This document shows positions 10,191 through 19,817 of a DNA stretch of 64,000 nucleotides, piece by piece (the stretch's first letter is position 1; each line of letters starts with the position of its first letter). Location: NCBI GenBank assembly GCA_038230375.1, contig JBBRNJ010000004.1, positions 64,001 to 128,000 on the forward strand. The letters run 5' to 3'. The position numbers and the translations under genes were made by a program. The DNA comes from Polyangiales bacterium. Its GTDB lineage: Bacteria > Myxococcota_A > Polyangia > Polyangiales > Polyangiaceae. Under the pieces are notes generated by a model that was not told the origin of the DNA, ran no database searches, and saw only the letters and a program-made list of their open reading frames with translations.

Positions 10191-10207
10191 AGCATCCCGC
10201 GTGCCGA
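10191..10207 (-). promoter_or_regulatory. Putative sigma54 promoter of the M15 peptidase gene
   Basis: Minus strand tcGGCACGCGGGATGCt (GG-N10-GC), about 16 nt upstream of ATG 10175. Confidence 0.7.
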
Positions 10208-10436
10208 CGCACTCATGCGCGCAGCACCCGAGACTCGCTTGAAACAGACGCGATGCAGACGAACGGTGCGCGCGACGAATCTGCGGCGAATCTGCGCCCG
10301 CGCGAAGGTCTAGATCGCAGCACGCGTCCCAGGGAGACAGGCTTGTCTCTCAGGCGTGACGGAGCATGCATGGTGCATCGGTTCGTCGTTGAACCACCAT
10401 GTGCATCCGCGCGTCCTCACCTGTCGCGCGCGCGCT

Positions 10437-11543
10437 TCACCGTGAAGCCAGGAACGCCCCCATGCCGGCGGCAAGCAGGACGAGCACGATCGCAAACACG
10501 ATCAGCCGTCCCACGCCCTTCGGCGCCGGGCGCTCCTCCTTCACGACTGTGAGCTTGTCTTCCGACGGCACATCGGGCGGCGCTCGCTTCACCAGGGCGA
10601 TCCGCTCCAGGGATACGGGGCCGTCCGGACCCGAAAACGGGAGCAGAGCGCGCGCGAGCTGGGAGATCTCCTGGTAGCGGCTCTCCGGCTTCTTGGAGAG
10701 ACAGCGCATGACGATACGGGACAGGTCCTCGGGCAGGTCCGGAACAAGGTCGATCGGGGCCGGGAAGTCGCCCCGGACGATCGCGTCCACGTGCTCGCGG
10801 AACGACATGGCCTTGATGGGCAGCTCACCGGTGAGCAGTCGGTAGAGGATGGCGCCCATCGAATAGACGTCACTCCGGACGTCCGCGTCCCGCGCGGACA
10901 GCAGCTGCTCCGGCGCCATGTACGCGGGCGAGCCGAGCATGTCCGTCACGTGGGTGATCACGCTGTCCGCGTACTCCTCGTCGGGGTCGATGATCTTCGA
11001 CACGCCGAAGTCGAGCACCTTCACGATGGGGAGCGGCGCGTCCTCCGCGTCGGCGGCGGGCTTCCGCAGCTTGGGATCGCCGTCGTAGCCGGCCACGAAG
11101 ACGTTCGCAGGCTTGAGGTCCCTGTGGACGATGCCCTCCGCGTGCGCGGCGCCCAGGCCCGCGCAGGCCTGAAGCGTGTATTCTACAACTTCTTCCACCG
11201 GTAAGCGGGAACGCTCGGACAGGATGCGTGCGAGATCCTTCCCCGTCAGGTGCTCCATGACGATGAACGGGCGGCCGTCGCGGAGCTCGCCGGCGGAGGT
11301 GACCTTCGCGACATGACGGCTCTCGAGCCCGGTGACGGCGCGGATCTCGCGCATGAAGCGCCCTCGCGCGGTGGCTCCACCACCGTCACTGGCGACCTCG
11401 GCGCGCAGGAACTTGATCGCCACGCGCTCGTTCGTCTCCGTGTCCGTCGCGGACATGACGGAGCCCATGCCGCCTTCGCCCAGCATGGGGCCAAGGCGGT
11501 ACTTCCCCGCGACGAGAGACCCCTCCGTCAGCTCCTCAAGCAT
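10437..11543 (-). CDS. Hanks-type Ser/Thr protein kinase with C-terminal TM anchor
   Basis: GEGGMG, AIK, HRDLKPAN, DFG, YMAPE, DVYSMG. Confidence 0.95.
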   Translation of the reverse strand: MLEELTEGSLVAGKYRLGPMLGEGGMGSVMSATDTETNERVAIKFLRAEVASDGGGATARGRFMREIRAVTGLESRHVAKVTSAGELRDGRPFIVMEHLTGKDLARILSERSRLPVEEVVEYTLQACAGLGAAHAEGIVHRDLKPANVFVAGYDGDPKLRKPAADAEDAPLPIVKVLDFGVSKIIDPDEEYADSVITHVTDMLGSPAYMAPEQLLSARDADVRSDVYSMGAILYRLLTGELPIKAMSFREHVDAIVRGDFPAPIDLVPDLPEDLSRIVMRCLSKKPESRYQEISQLARALLPFSGPDGPVSLERIALVKRAPPDVPSEDKLTVVKEERPAPKGVGRLIVFAIVLVLLAAGMGAFLASR

Positions 11544-11652
11544 AGGTTCCGCTGGAGGTTCTACACGGACCGATCAGAGGAGTCCACGTTCCGGCAGCGC
11601 GCTGCCAGCATCGCTCGACGCGCGCCCGGCGCCAGGGTACATCAAGGGGGCG

Positions 11653-12741
11653 ATGCGCATTCTCGACGTCACCGTGAGGCCACTCTCGGTCCCGCTCGTG
11701 GAGCCGTTCGTCATCGCCACCGCAACGATGACCGCAACGCGCGCAGCCCTGGTGCGTGTCACCTGCGACGGCGGCCCGTTCGGCCTTGGGGAGGCCGCAT
11801 GCCTTCACCCCATCACGGAAGAGGACCAGCCTGACGTGCTGCGCGTCCTGTCCGAGATCGCACCCACGTTGAAAGGGGCGTCGATCGGCCACACGGCGGA
11901 CATCGACCCGCTGCTCGGGGCGCTCGCGGGGAGCCCGGTGGCGCGCGCCGCCCTGGAGATGGCCCTGCTCGACGCGCTGGCCCGTGGGCGCGGTATCCCG
12001 CTCGCGGAGCTCTTCCGCGATAATGTTGTACCCTACATGCATCTGGTGACGGACATCACCATCCCGATCCTCCCGCGCGAGGAGATGCAGCGGCTCGCAA
12101 GGAAGTGGTACGCCCGTGGCTTCTCCGTCTTCAAGCTCAAGGTCGGAAAGGACCTCGCGGTGGACCTGGGCAACGTGGAGGCCATCCACGACGAGGTGCC
12201 CGGCGCCAGCTACCGCGTGGATGCGAACGGCGGCTACACCAGCGACGACGCCATCACCTTCACCGAGCGCTGCGCGAAGATGGGCGTGCGCGTGGAGTGC
12301 TTCGAGCAGCCCTGCGCACGCGACGACATCGCCGCGCAGAAGAAGGTGAAGGACGCGATCACGATCCCGGTCATCGCGGACGAGTCGGTGCGCTCGCTCG
12401 CCGATCTGGAGAGGCTGGCTGCCGCGGACGCGACGGACGGCGTGAACCTGAAAATCGTCAAGGTGGGCGGGATCGCACGCGCGATCGAGATCGGTCGGCG
12501 CGCGAAGGAGCTAGGTCTGCGGGTGATGGTCGGCGGCATGGTGGAGACGCGCGTGGGCATGACTGCGGGCGCGCACGTGGCCGCGGCGCTCGGCGGTGTG
12601 GACTTCGTGGATCTGGATACGGCGTTTCTCCTGGCGAGCGATCCGTTCGTGGGCGGCTACAGGGCGCACGGCCCCAAGATGCAGCTCTACGGCGAAGGCC
12701 TAGGGGTGTTCGAGGCGGCAGCGCAGCGAGACCCGACGTAG
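11653..12741 (+). CDS. Dipeptide epimerase (L-Ala-D/L-Glu epimerase-like, enolase superfamily)
   Basis: GLGEAA, FKLKVG, VDANGG, EQP, ADES, NLKIVKVGG, DLD. Confidence 0.88.
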   Translation: MRILDVTVRPLSVPLVEPFVIATATMTATRAALVRVTCDGGPFGLGEAACLHPITEEDQPDVLRVLSEIAPTLKGASIGHTADIDPLLGALAGSPVARAALEMALLDALARGRGIPLAELFRDNVVPYMHLVTDITIPILPREEMQRLARKWYARGFSVFKLKVGKDLAVDLGNVEAIHDEVPGASYRVDANGGYTSDDAITFTERCAKMGVRVECFEQPCARDDIAAQKKVKDAITIPVIADESVRSLADLERLAAADATDGVNLKIVKVGGIARAIEIGRRAKELGLRVMVGGMVETRVGMTAGAHVAAALGGVDFVDLDTAFLLASDPFVGGYRAHGPKMQLYGEGLGVFEAAAQRDPT

Positions 12742-12743
12742 CC

Positions 12744-12761
12744 TCCGACTTCGACAACGAC
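12744..12761. repeat. Minimal NNCGAC array (3 units) between convergent stops
   Basis: TCCGAC TTCGAC AACGAC in the 26-bp gap between stops at 12741 and 12768. Confidence 0.55.
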
Positions 12762-12767
12762 CTCGCG

Positions 12768-15092
12768 TCAGAAGGTCTTGTCGCCTGCGGCTTCTCCGAC
12801 CTGAAACTGCTCGATGCACTGAAGCGTGTAGATTGCACCATTCAGCGTCTCGTCGGTTGCCTTGCTGAAGACCAGCGCCTGCTGGCACTGGCGCGCGGGC
12901 TTCGCCGTGGCGGTGTTGTCCACGTAGCAGAAGCCGCTCTGCTTCTCGCTCTTGCAGGTCTCACCGGGCTTCTCGCCGATCTGTGGGACAACGCACACCG
13001 GCTTGCCGGCGGCGGCGGGATTGTCGCGGACGAATGCGGACAGCAGCTCTTGCGGCGGAGCGGAGAGGCCGAGACGCGCGCATTCTCCCTCGTCACCGCC
13101 CTTCGCCAGTGTGGCGAGCACGGTGCACGAGACCTGGTTCTTCTCGTCGCGAAGGAGCGCGCTCGGCAGACACTGCTGCGTGAGGCTTCCCTTCAGGCGA
13201 TCGATGATCGCGGACACGGCAGGGCGGTAGCCGTAGAGCGGGTTGGGTACGCCGCTCTTCTCCTCTGGTTCGAGGGTGACGCCCTGGTCGTCCACGGTGC
13301 GCGGGCACAGCGACGCCACGACACCTTGCTTGCCCAGCGCATGCGCCACGCGCAGCTCGCGTACGGTCGGATACGCCTTCGCGCGCGTCTGCGTCTTGCC
13401 GTTGCCCGGAGAGCAGAGCGGCGGGTTCTGCGTCCCGTCGCAGTCGCACGCATCCGGGTTCTGGGTGCAGTCCTTCTGCATGGCCAGCGGGAAGGTACAT
13501 GCATACTGCAAGTCATGGCCGTGCGTGTCCCACTCGCGCCCGTGCACGGGGTCGCCGCCGTTGTCGCCGGGGCTCGCGCTGGGCATGGGCAGCCCGGCCC
13601 TTGCGGTTGTCGACTGGACCATGTGCGGGTCGATGCCGCTGGTGTCGTAGTGGTCCGGGTCCTTGCCCAGGATCTTCTGCCAGTCGGCGTCCGTGAGCGC
13701 GCTCTTGTTGGCGTCGGTCGGATCGAAATGCAGGAGCTTTTGCGGTACGCCGCCGATCAGCGCGAAGAAGACGCTCTCTGGGTTGCGGGTACCCTTCGGG
13801 AGCTTGCAGAGCTCGCCCTTCGCGTTCTCGGGCAGCGCGGCGGCGAAGATCGGGTTCGTGCACGAGCCCGGGCCGCTGCGGTAGTTGCCGTTCGCGTCGT
13901 GCTCCTCGCTGCCTTTGGGCACGAATGCAGCGGAGAGCCCGCTCGCATAACGCGCGATCGGATACTGCGGGTCCACGCCGAAGCGGCGCTTCATGTCGAA
14001 GAAGCGCACGTTGAGCGAGTCCGCATCGGCGGCGTAGTACGCGCCCGACTTGCACGCGGGATCGTTCGACTGGTCGCGCGCGGAGAGCTGCGCGCACGAA
14101 CGGCACGCCGGATCGCCTGGATTCGTCGCGCAGATCGCGCTGCCCTTCGGCGCGGTGGTGCCGTCGCGCGTGTCGGACGAGCGGTGCGCTCCGTCGCCCG
14201 TGGGAAACGTGGTCTGTGAGTAGTACCAACCCTGACCGCCGACGGCGAGCGGGTCGGAGAAGGAGTCGTCCTCGTCCGTGAGCATGATCACGGCGAGCAG
14301 CGAGTCCGGGCGCAGGAAGTCGTGCCGCTCCTTCAGGATGGCCTCGTCGACGCCGGCGTATGCCGCGTGCTTGTCGGGACCGATGGTGATCTCCCGCCAC
14401 GGGTCCGGCTGGACGAGGAAGTGGTACCAGCTCTCCAGCTGCGCCTCGAGTCCGCAGCCACCCTGCCCCGTACCCACGACGAGATCCTGGAAGTCTGCCA
14501 CCAGCTTCGTGGCGTCGATGATCGGCCGTGCGGGCGCGACGTGATCGCGGTTCTGCTCCGTTGTCGGAAACCACGAGAGGAAGCCAGGCGGCGCGTCGGG
14601 CTCCTGGGCTTGTCCGCTCTTGTCCCAGGCGACGAGGCGCCCGTGGTCGTTCTTGCGTGGGGACTTCGAATCGTCGCAGAGCGCATCGCCGAACGTACCG
14701 AGCGACGATGACACGATGCCCACGTGGATGTCGGTGATGGGGGAGAACTCCGGCTCGCTGCCAGCGGCACATTGCGATGCGATCGGCTGCGTGGTGTCGG
14801 CGGCCTTGCCCGTGGCCTCGCCCGACACGCTGTTCACGCAGCTGGGGGTGACCAGGCGCTTCACGAGGTCAGGCACTGCCTCCGCGAGGATGGCCTGCTT
14901 GTCGGCCATGGACGCGGAGTTGTCGATGGCGAGCAGCAGATCGATCTTGTCGATCCCGCGCTGAGCGAGCGGGGTGCCGAAGCTCACCTTCGTGAGCGGA
15001 TCGGATTTGGCGACTGGCCGCGTGAGGCATCCCACGAGCCCCACCACGCAGATTCCCGCGACGCAGCAGTGCCGTACGATCGTGGTCGACAT
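12768..15092 (-). CDS. Cys-rich myxobacterial lipoprotein with vWA/MIDAS-like domain
   Basis: Lipobox GLVGC; IDLLLAIDNSASM (DxSxS); FLRPDSLLAVIMLTDEDD; many paired Cys. Confidence 0.8.
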   Translation of the reverse strand: MSTTIVRHCCVAGICVVGLVGCLTRPVAKSDPLTKVSFGTPLAQRGIDKIDLLLAIDNSASMADKQAILAEAVPDLVKRLVTPSCVNSVSGEATGKAADTTQPIASQCAAGSEPEFSPITDIHVGIVSSSLGTFGDALCDDSKSPRKNDHGRLVAWDKSGQAQEPDAPPGFLSWFPTTEQNRDHVAPARPIIDATKLVADFQDLVVGTGQGGCGLEAQLESWYHFLVQPDPWREITIGPDKHAAYAGVDEAILKERHDFLRPDSLLAVIMLTDEDDSFSDPLAVGGQGWYYSQTTFPTGDGAHRSSDTRDGTTAPKGSAICATNPGDPACRSCAQLSARDQSNDPACKSGAYYAADADSLNVRFFDMKRRFGVDPQYPIARYASGLSAAFVPKGSEEHDANGNYRSGPGSCTNPIFAAALPENAKGELCKLPKGTRNPESVFFALIGGVPQKLLHFDPTDANKSALTDADWQKILGKDPDHYDTSGIDPHMVQSTTARAGLPMPSASPGDNGGDPVHGREWDTHGHDLQYACTFPLAMQKDCTQNPDACDCDGTQNPPLCSPGNGKTQTRAKAYPTVRELRVAHALGKQGVVASLCPRTVDDQGVTLEPEEKSGVPNPLYGYRPAVSAIIDRLKGSLTQQCLPSALLRDEKNQVSCTVLATLAKGGDEGECARLGLSAPPQELLSAFVRDNPAAAGKPVCVVPQIGEKPGETCKSEKQSGFCYVDNTATAKPARQCQQALVFSKATDETLNGAIYTLQCIEQFQVGEAAGDKTF

Positions 15093-15130
15093 GCGAAGGG
15101 ATGGCCAAACCCCAGCGCCTTCATCGCGGA

Positions 15131-15250
15131 ATCGACGTCGACCTCGACGTCGACCTCGACTTCGACCTCGACGACGACCTCGACGTTGACCTCGACCTCG
15201 ACTTCGACCTCGACGACGACTTCGACTTCGACCTCGACCTCGACCTCGAC
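15131..15250. repeat. Hexamer array, 20 units (mostly NTCGAC)
   Basis: 20 in-phase units including 2 GACGAC and 1 GTTGAC; abuts the stop of the minus-strand gene at 15253. Confidence 0.95.
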
Positions 15251-15252
15251 TT

Positions 15253-16209
15253 CTACAGGTTGTACTTCGCCTTCAGGTACGCGTGGAGGTCCGCGAGCTC
15301 CTTGTCGGTGAGCGTGCCCTTCACGCCGATCACCTCGGCGACGTCGCCCTGGAGCATCTGGATGCCCTGCGGGCGCCCGCCGATGTACGCGGGGATCGTG
15401 GGTGCGTTGAACTCAGCGGGGTTCGCGACGCTGGCGTCCGGCATCTCGCCGACCAGCTTGCCCCCCGAGTAGAGCTGGAGGTCGCTGCCGTTCTTCCGTG
15501 CACCCACCACGCGGGCGATGCCGTCATTGCCACCGTCGGGTCCGAACACCACGTTCTGCGTGTCCAGGCGTGCGACGATCCCGCTCGACGTCGGGTAGTC
15601 GGCCCAGAGGAAGAAGCCCGGGAAGCCCTGCGCGCCGTCGTCCGTCCACTTCGTGTACAGGATGGCGTAGACCGAGGGGTCGTTCGTGTGGCGCTCCACC
15701 ATGAAGAGCGAGAAGTCACTCGCGGCCCACTGCAGCGATGCGGTGTCCGCGATCTGGAGGTACTCCGCACCGCTGAAGTGAAGCGCGGGCTTGCCGCCAA
15801 CGCCTGTCCCGCCGTCGAACAGCGCGGGGATCGACGCGGAAAGGGCCTGCAGGGCGTCGTTGCCGGTGCCCGACTGATCCTTCCACACGGCGAAGCCACC
15901 ATCGGTCGAGAAGTCCTTGTCCGCGCTCAGCCACAGCACAAGGCGACCACCGAGTGCAGAGGGCAGAGGCGGAGGAAGCGGACCAGAGTCCACGCCGGTG
16001 TCGCCCGTCTTGCCAGAGTCGGTCGGCTGCATGCCTGCGTCAGAACCGCCGCCGCTCCCATCCACTGTCTGCTGCTGGCTCGCGTCGGCATGACCAGCAT
16101 CCTTCGCTGCGGAGGAGTCGGTGGTGCTGGAGTCACCCGTGCAGGCGACGATGGTGGCGACAGTGGCAAGGGTGAGGGAGGCTCCGAGGAAGAACGTTCG
16201 CGTTCGCAT
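15253..16209 (-). CDS. Lipoprotein with LamG/concanavalin-like domain
   Basis: Lipobox IVAC; DAG-rich linker; LVLWLSAD..WKDQSGTGNDA, GKPALHFSG, GDVAEVI, YLKAKYNL. Confidence 0.8.
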   Translation of the reverse strand: MRTRTFFLGASLTLATVATIVACTGDSSTTDSSAAKDAGHADASQQQTVDGSGGGSDAGMQPTDSGKTGDTGVDSGPLPPPLPSALGGRLVLWLSADKDFSTDGGFAVWKDQSGTGNDALQALSASIPALFDGGTGVGGKPALHFSGAEYLQIADTASLQWAASDFSLFMVERHTNDPSVYAILYTKWTDDGAQGFPGFFLWADYPTSSGIVARLDTQNVVFGPDGGNDGIARVVGARKNGSDLQLYSGGKLVGEMPDASVANPAEFNAPTIPAYIGGRPQGIQMLQGDVAEVIGVKGTLTDKELADLHAYLKAKYNL

Positions 16210-16273
16210 GGACTCCACTCTGCCGTTCGCGATCGCTTCCGTCAAAGCGATCTGCGTCACCACAACGGACGAC

Positions 16274-16306
16274 TGACCACGGTCGATGGTGAGGTGACCA
16301 CGGTCA
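16274..16306. promoter_or_regulatory. Pair of palindromic sites TGACC-AC-GGTC(G/A), 21-bp period
   Basis: TGACCACGGTCG at 16274 and perfect-arm TGACCACGGTCA at 16295, between divergent genes. Confidence 0.6.
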
Positions 16307-16372
16307 TGCCCGCACGATGCGCGGAGCATGAGGAACAGGTGAATTTCCGGTGAATCGTGCCCATCTCGGGAT

Positions 16373-16388
16373 CGGCATGCGGCTCGCT
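16373..16388 (+). promoter_or_regulatory. Putative sigma54 promoter
   Basis: cGGCATGCGGCTCGCt (GG-N10-GC); predicted +1 falls at about the ATG at 16400. Confidence 0.55.
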
Positions 16389-16399
16389 AGGACGCGGGC

Positions 16400-17068
16400 A
16401 TGCACGCCGCAACCTCCGCCACGCTTCGCTCCTTCATCGCTCGCAGAGCCACACGTGTCGTCGCGCTTGCGTCGTTCGTGCTCGTGCTCGCCACCGCATC
16501 GCACGCGCGCGCGCAGGACTCTCCGCCCACGGATGCGTTCGCCGCGTTCCCGCTCTCGCTGTCGTCGGCGCGGTCGCTCGTGCGCGCGGCGTGGCGTGCG
16601 TCTGGCCTGGGCGAGACGGACGCGGCGATGGACGCGCTGTCACAGAGCGCGCGGAGCAGCGCGTGGGTTCCAGAGCTGCGCGTGCGTAGCGAGCGCACCG
16701 AGGACGAGCACACCACGCTCTACTATTCGGATCCCCCGCGCCAGTACCACGTCTCCGGCGTGAAGATGGCGTACGAGGCGCGGCTCGTGTGGCGGTTTGA
16801 CAAGCTGATCTACGCGGGCGACGAGCCGCAGATAGAGCATCTCCGGGTGACGCGGATAGAGGCGCGGGAGCGGCTTGCGCACAAGACCCTGGAGGCATTC
16901 TTCGCGCTGGAGACGTCGCTCGCGGACCTTGGGCGCGCGGCGCCTGGAAGCCTGGAGGCCAGGGAGCACGGATTCCGTGCGTTCGAGGCCGCGGCCACCC
17001 TGGACGTGCTCACGGGCGGATGGTTTTCGGAGGCGCTGCGCGGAAGGGCTGCGACCCAGCGGAGATGA
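16400..17068 (+). CDS. Hypothetical secreted protein
   Basis: Signal peptide ending ARA-Q; LDVLTGGWFS C-terminus. Confidence 0.7.
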   Translation: MHAATSATLRSFIARRATRVVALASFVLVLATASHARAQDSPPTDAFAAFPLSLSSARSLVRAAWRASGLGETDAAMDALSQSARSSAWVPELRVRSERTEDEHTTLYYSDPPRQYHVSGVKMAYEARLVWRFDKLIYAGDEPQIEHLRVTRIEARERLAHKTLEAFFALETSLADLGRAAPGSLEAREHGFRAFEAAATLDVLTGGWFSEALRGRAATQRR

Positions 17069-17082
17069 GGATATGCTGAGCG

Positions 17083-17370
17083 GTGATGAGCACGCTGAAG
17101 AAGAGCCTGTTGCAGCAGGGCATGAAACTGATGACGGATCCGCGCGTGCTGAAGCTCATGCAGGACCCACGCGTCATGAAGGCGGTCATGCAGATGATGA
17201 GCATGCCGGGCAAGGTCCAGAACTTCACCCACGACCAGGTGGAGAAGCTAGCGAAGGCGATGTCGCTGGCCACCGAGGACGAGGTGAAAGACCTGAAGCG
17301 AACGGTGAAGCGCCTCGAGGACGAAGTCTCGCGGCTCGAGCGAGACCGAGAGCCAGCCAAGAAGCGCTGA
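17083..17370 (+). CDS. Small helical/coiled-coil hypothetical protein
   Basis: LMTDPRV/LMQDPRV repeat, then SLATEDEVKDLKRTVKRLE coiled coil; host-like codon usage. Confidence 0.8.
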   Translation: MMSTLKKSLLQQGMKLMTDPRVLKLMQDPRVMKAVMQMMSMPGKVQNFTHDQVEKLAKAMSLATEDEVKDLKRTVKRLEDEVSRLERDREPAKKR

Positions 17371-17373
17371 GCT

Positions 17374-18312
17374 TTACAGCTCGAAGCTCTCCAGGTGCGA
17401 CGGCACGACTACCCGCGTGTCCGGCGCGCAGGCGTGGACCTCTTTTGCGAACTCGTTCAGGTCTGCTCGATCTTCCGCGTCTCCCAGCGGCGCGTGCGGC
17501 GTCAGCTTTGCTCCGAAGTCGTCAAAGTGGTTTGCCAGCACCATGCGTGGCTTTCCGAGCGCGGTCAGGACCCGGCACGTGTAGTCCGGGACCTTGCTTC
17601 GGAGGCCCGTCGCAAGCACCACCACATCTGGTCGCTCACCGGACAGCTCGCCGTCAATGACGTTGGCCGTACCGATGAACAGCACGGTGCGACCATCCAC
17701 GCGCACCACGTACTGCAGCGTCCCGCCTTCGCCATAGCCCGGCGCCGCCATCGGTAGCGTCACATTGCGCGGGATCGGAATGTTGGGCTGACCCGTCAGC
17801 GAATGAAGGCCATGCTTCACGCGGACCGCAAAGGGACCAAAGTCTAGCGTGTCGCCGCCCTTCACGGCGAGCACGTGCTCTGGTGGAACGCCGTCTGCGC
17901 GTGCCACGTTGGCCGTGCTCTCGCTTCCCACGACGATGGCGCCGGTGCGCTTCGCGATGTCTGGGACGTCCATCAGGTGATCGTAGTGGGAGTGCCCGAC
18001 AAGGATGACGTCCGCGCGCGATGGAGCGAAGCGCGCGATCGCCGCGGTGTCGGGATGGAGCACCGTGTTGTCGTCCGGCGCGCGGACGCGCGTGAAGTAC
18101 GGATCCACCAGGAGCGTGTGATTCCCCACGGCGTCGAGCCGCCATCCGGCGACGCCCAGGTACGTGAGCGACACGGGGCCATGCGCACGCGCGGCCTGTG
18201 TCTCGGTCCTCGCGGAAGGAGTCGGAGAGCACCCGCTCGTGCAGAGAGCCCCGAGCGTCAGCAGCGCTGCAGAGGCCAAAAAAACGGCTGATCGTACGCT
18301 CGAGCGATTCAT
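17374..18312 (-). CDS. MBL-fold metallo-hydrolase (exported, probable lipoprotein)
   Basis: YLGVAGW, LLVDPYFTR, GHSHYDHLMD, NHFDDF. Confidence 0.88.
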   Translation of the reverse strand: MNRSSVRSAVFLASAALLTLGALCTSGCSPTPSARTETQAARAHGPVSLTYLGVAGWRLDAVGNHTLLVDPYFTRVRAPDDNTVLHPDTAAIARFAPSRADVILVGHSHYDHLMDVPDIAKRTGAIVVGSESTANVARADGVPPEHVLAVKGGDTLDFGPFAVRVKHGLHSLTGQPNIPIPRNVTLPMAAPGYGEGGTLQYVVRVDGRTVLFIGTANVIDGELSGERPDVVVLATGLRSKVPDYTCRVLTALGKPRMVLANHFDDFGAKLTPHAPLGDAEDRADLNEFAKEVHACAPDTRVVVPSHLESFEL

Positions 18313-18363
18313 CGGCAGAGGAACGCCAGGACGCGCAAACACATTCCAATCATCCACGCCGGC

Positions 18364-19170
18364 TCACCAAGGGAAGCCCTGTCGCAAAAGCCACGACGGC
18401 TGCGATGCGCGCACCAGCGCCACCAGCGGCCCGCCTGCCACGGTCAGCGTGGACTCGTGAGAGACGTACACCATGAAGTCGAGCTCCGCGGTGAACCAGA
18501 ACGCCTCCGTCATCCAGAAGTTCACCGCAGAGAGATCTTGCTCGAAGCTCTCCTCGGTCTCGCGGAGCTCGAAGAGACGCGGCGCGAGCGGTCGCAGCAG
18601 CTCCCGCAACGCCGGCGTGTGCTCGGGCGTGAGCGGCAACGTGAACGTGAGGTGCTCCGGCGGGTCCTTTCGATCGCACGCGCCGCCATACCAGCGACCA
18701 AACGTGGCGACGAGCCGCGCGTCCAGGCTCTCCTTCTCCGCATCGGCCAGCGTGCGACGAAAGGGCATGGGCCGGACGCGCCAGAGCGCTTCCTCGTCCA
18801 TGGCGGCAACGTACCGCAGCAGCAGGTCCCGCTCCTCTTCGGCGGCGCGCGACGAGAGCGGATCGCTGCGCGTGGCTTCGTTCGGGATCTCCGCAGCCTC
18901 ACACGCGCGCTGGAGCTTCACGCGCGCGTCGTCGAGTGACACGAAGTCCTCCGGAACGAAGCGCTCGATGGCGAGCTGCATCGCGTGGATCTGCAGGTAG
19001 CGCGGGAACACGTCGCGCGCGCGGTGCGAGTACTGCTTCGCGGCGCGGTTGTAGCCACCGCCCTCACGGTCCATGCGTGAATACAGCGCGGACCACTGCG
19101 CGTAGCGCTCCTCGCAGTAACGGCGCGCAGCAGTGTGCAGGAGGCCTGGAAGATCCATCGGCTCCGTCAA
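18364..19170 (-). CDS. Hypothetical protein
   Basis: 268-aa ORF overlapping the upstream gene by 4 bp; globular composition (YVSHESTLTVAG). Confidence 0.7.
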   Translation of the reverse strand: MTEPMDLPGLLHTAARRYCEERYAQWSALYSRMDREGGGYNRAAKQYSHRARDVFPRYLQIHAMQLAIERFVPEDFVSLDDARVKLQRACEAAEIPNEATRSDPLSSRAAEEERDLLLRYVAAMDEEALWRVRPMPFRRTLADAEKESLDARLVATFGRWYGGACDRKDPPEHLTFTLPLTPEHTPALRELLRPLAPRLFELRETEESFEQDLSAVNFWMTEAFWFTAELDFMVYVSHESTLTVAGGPLVALVRASQPSWLLRQGFPW

Positions 19171-19784
19171 CGCCGGATCACCTCGCGGCCTGGGTCACGT
19201 GCGGGGTCGCCCTCGGCGATCACGTCGGCCGCCCATTCGGTCTTCTTCCAGCTGGGCACGGGCGTGGCCGCGCCCTCGCACGGCACGAAGCGCGACGGCT
19301 CCACGAGCGCGCGCTTGTGGATGTAGCGCGGACAGTTCGGGAAGACCTTCCGCACGTGCACGCGCACCACCTGCTCCGCCTCCGGCCACGTGGACAAGAG
19401 CGGATCGCTCGGGTCGATGCTCGCCTTCCCGTTCACGCGTAGCCGCGACTGGCCGTCGAAGTCGATGAAGAGCAGCCCGACCTCTCCCGTCTCCAGGATC
19501 GCGCCGTTCGACAGGTACATCCCATTTCCGTTCATGCTCGGAAACGCGATCGTCTGCGGATCCAGCACGCGCACGAACCCGGGCGCGCCGCCCTTGTACG
19601 AGCAGCTCGGGTGCCCATCCGCATCCACCGTTGCAAGGAAGAACATGTCGAGACCGGAGATGAACGCGCGCGCGTCGTCGTCGAGCGCGTCCTTCACGAG
19701 CCGCTCCTCGATGCGGTCGGCGAGCTTCCGTGTCCCGAACCGCTCCTGCAGCTCCCGCGCGCCCTTCCCGTAGACCTCAGACAT
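19167..19784 (-). CDS. Pyridoxamine 5'-phosphate oxidase-like FMN-binding protein
   Basis: FFLATVDADG, SYKGGAPGFV, GNGMYLS, GLLFIDF, RLRVNG, NCPRYI. Confidence 0.88.
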   Translation of the reverse strand: MSEVYGKGARELQERFGTRKLADRIEERLVKDALDDDARAFISGLDMFFLATVDADGHPSCSYKGGAPGFVRVLDPQTIAFPSMNGNGMYLSNGAILETGEVGLLFIDFDGQSRLRVNGKASIDPSDPLLSTWPEAEQVVRVHVRKVFPNCPRYIHKRALVEPSRFVPCEGAATPVPSWKKTEWAADVIAEGDPARDPGREVIRR

Positions 19785-19817
19785 GCGCTGCCCTCCCCTT
19801 CCAGGCAATCATAGCTG

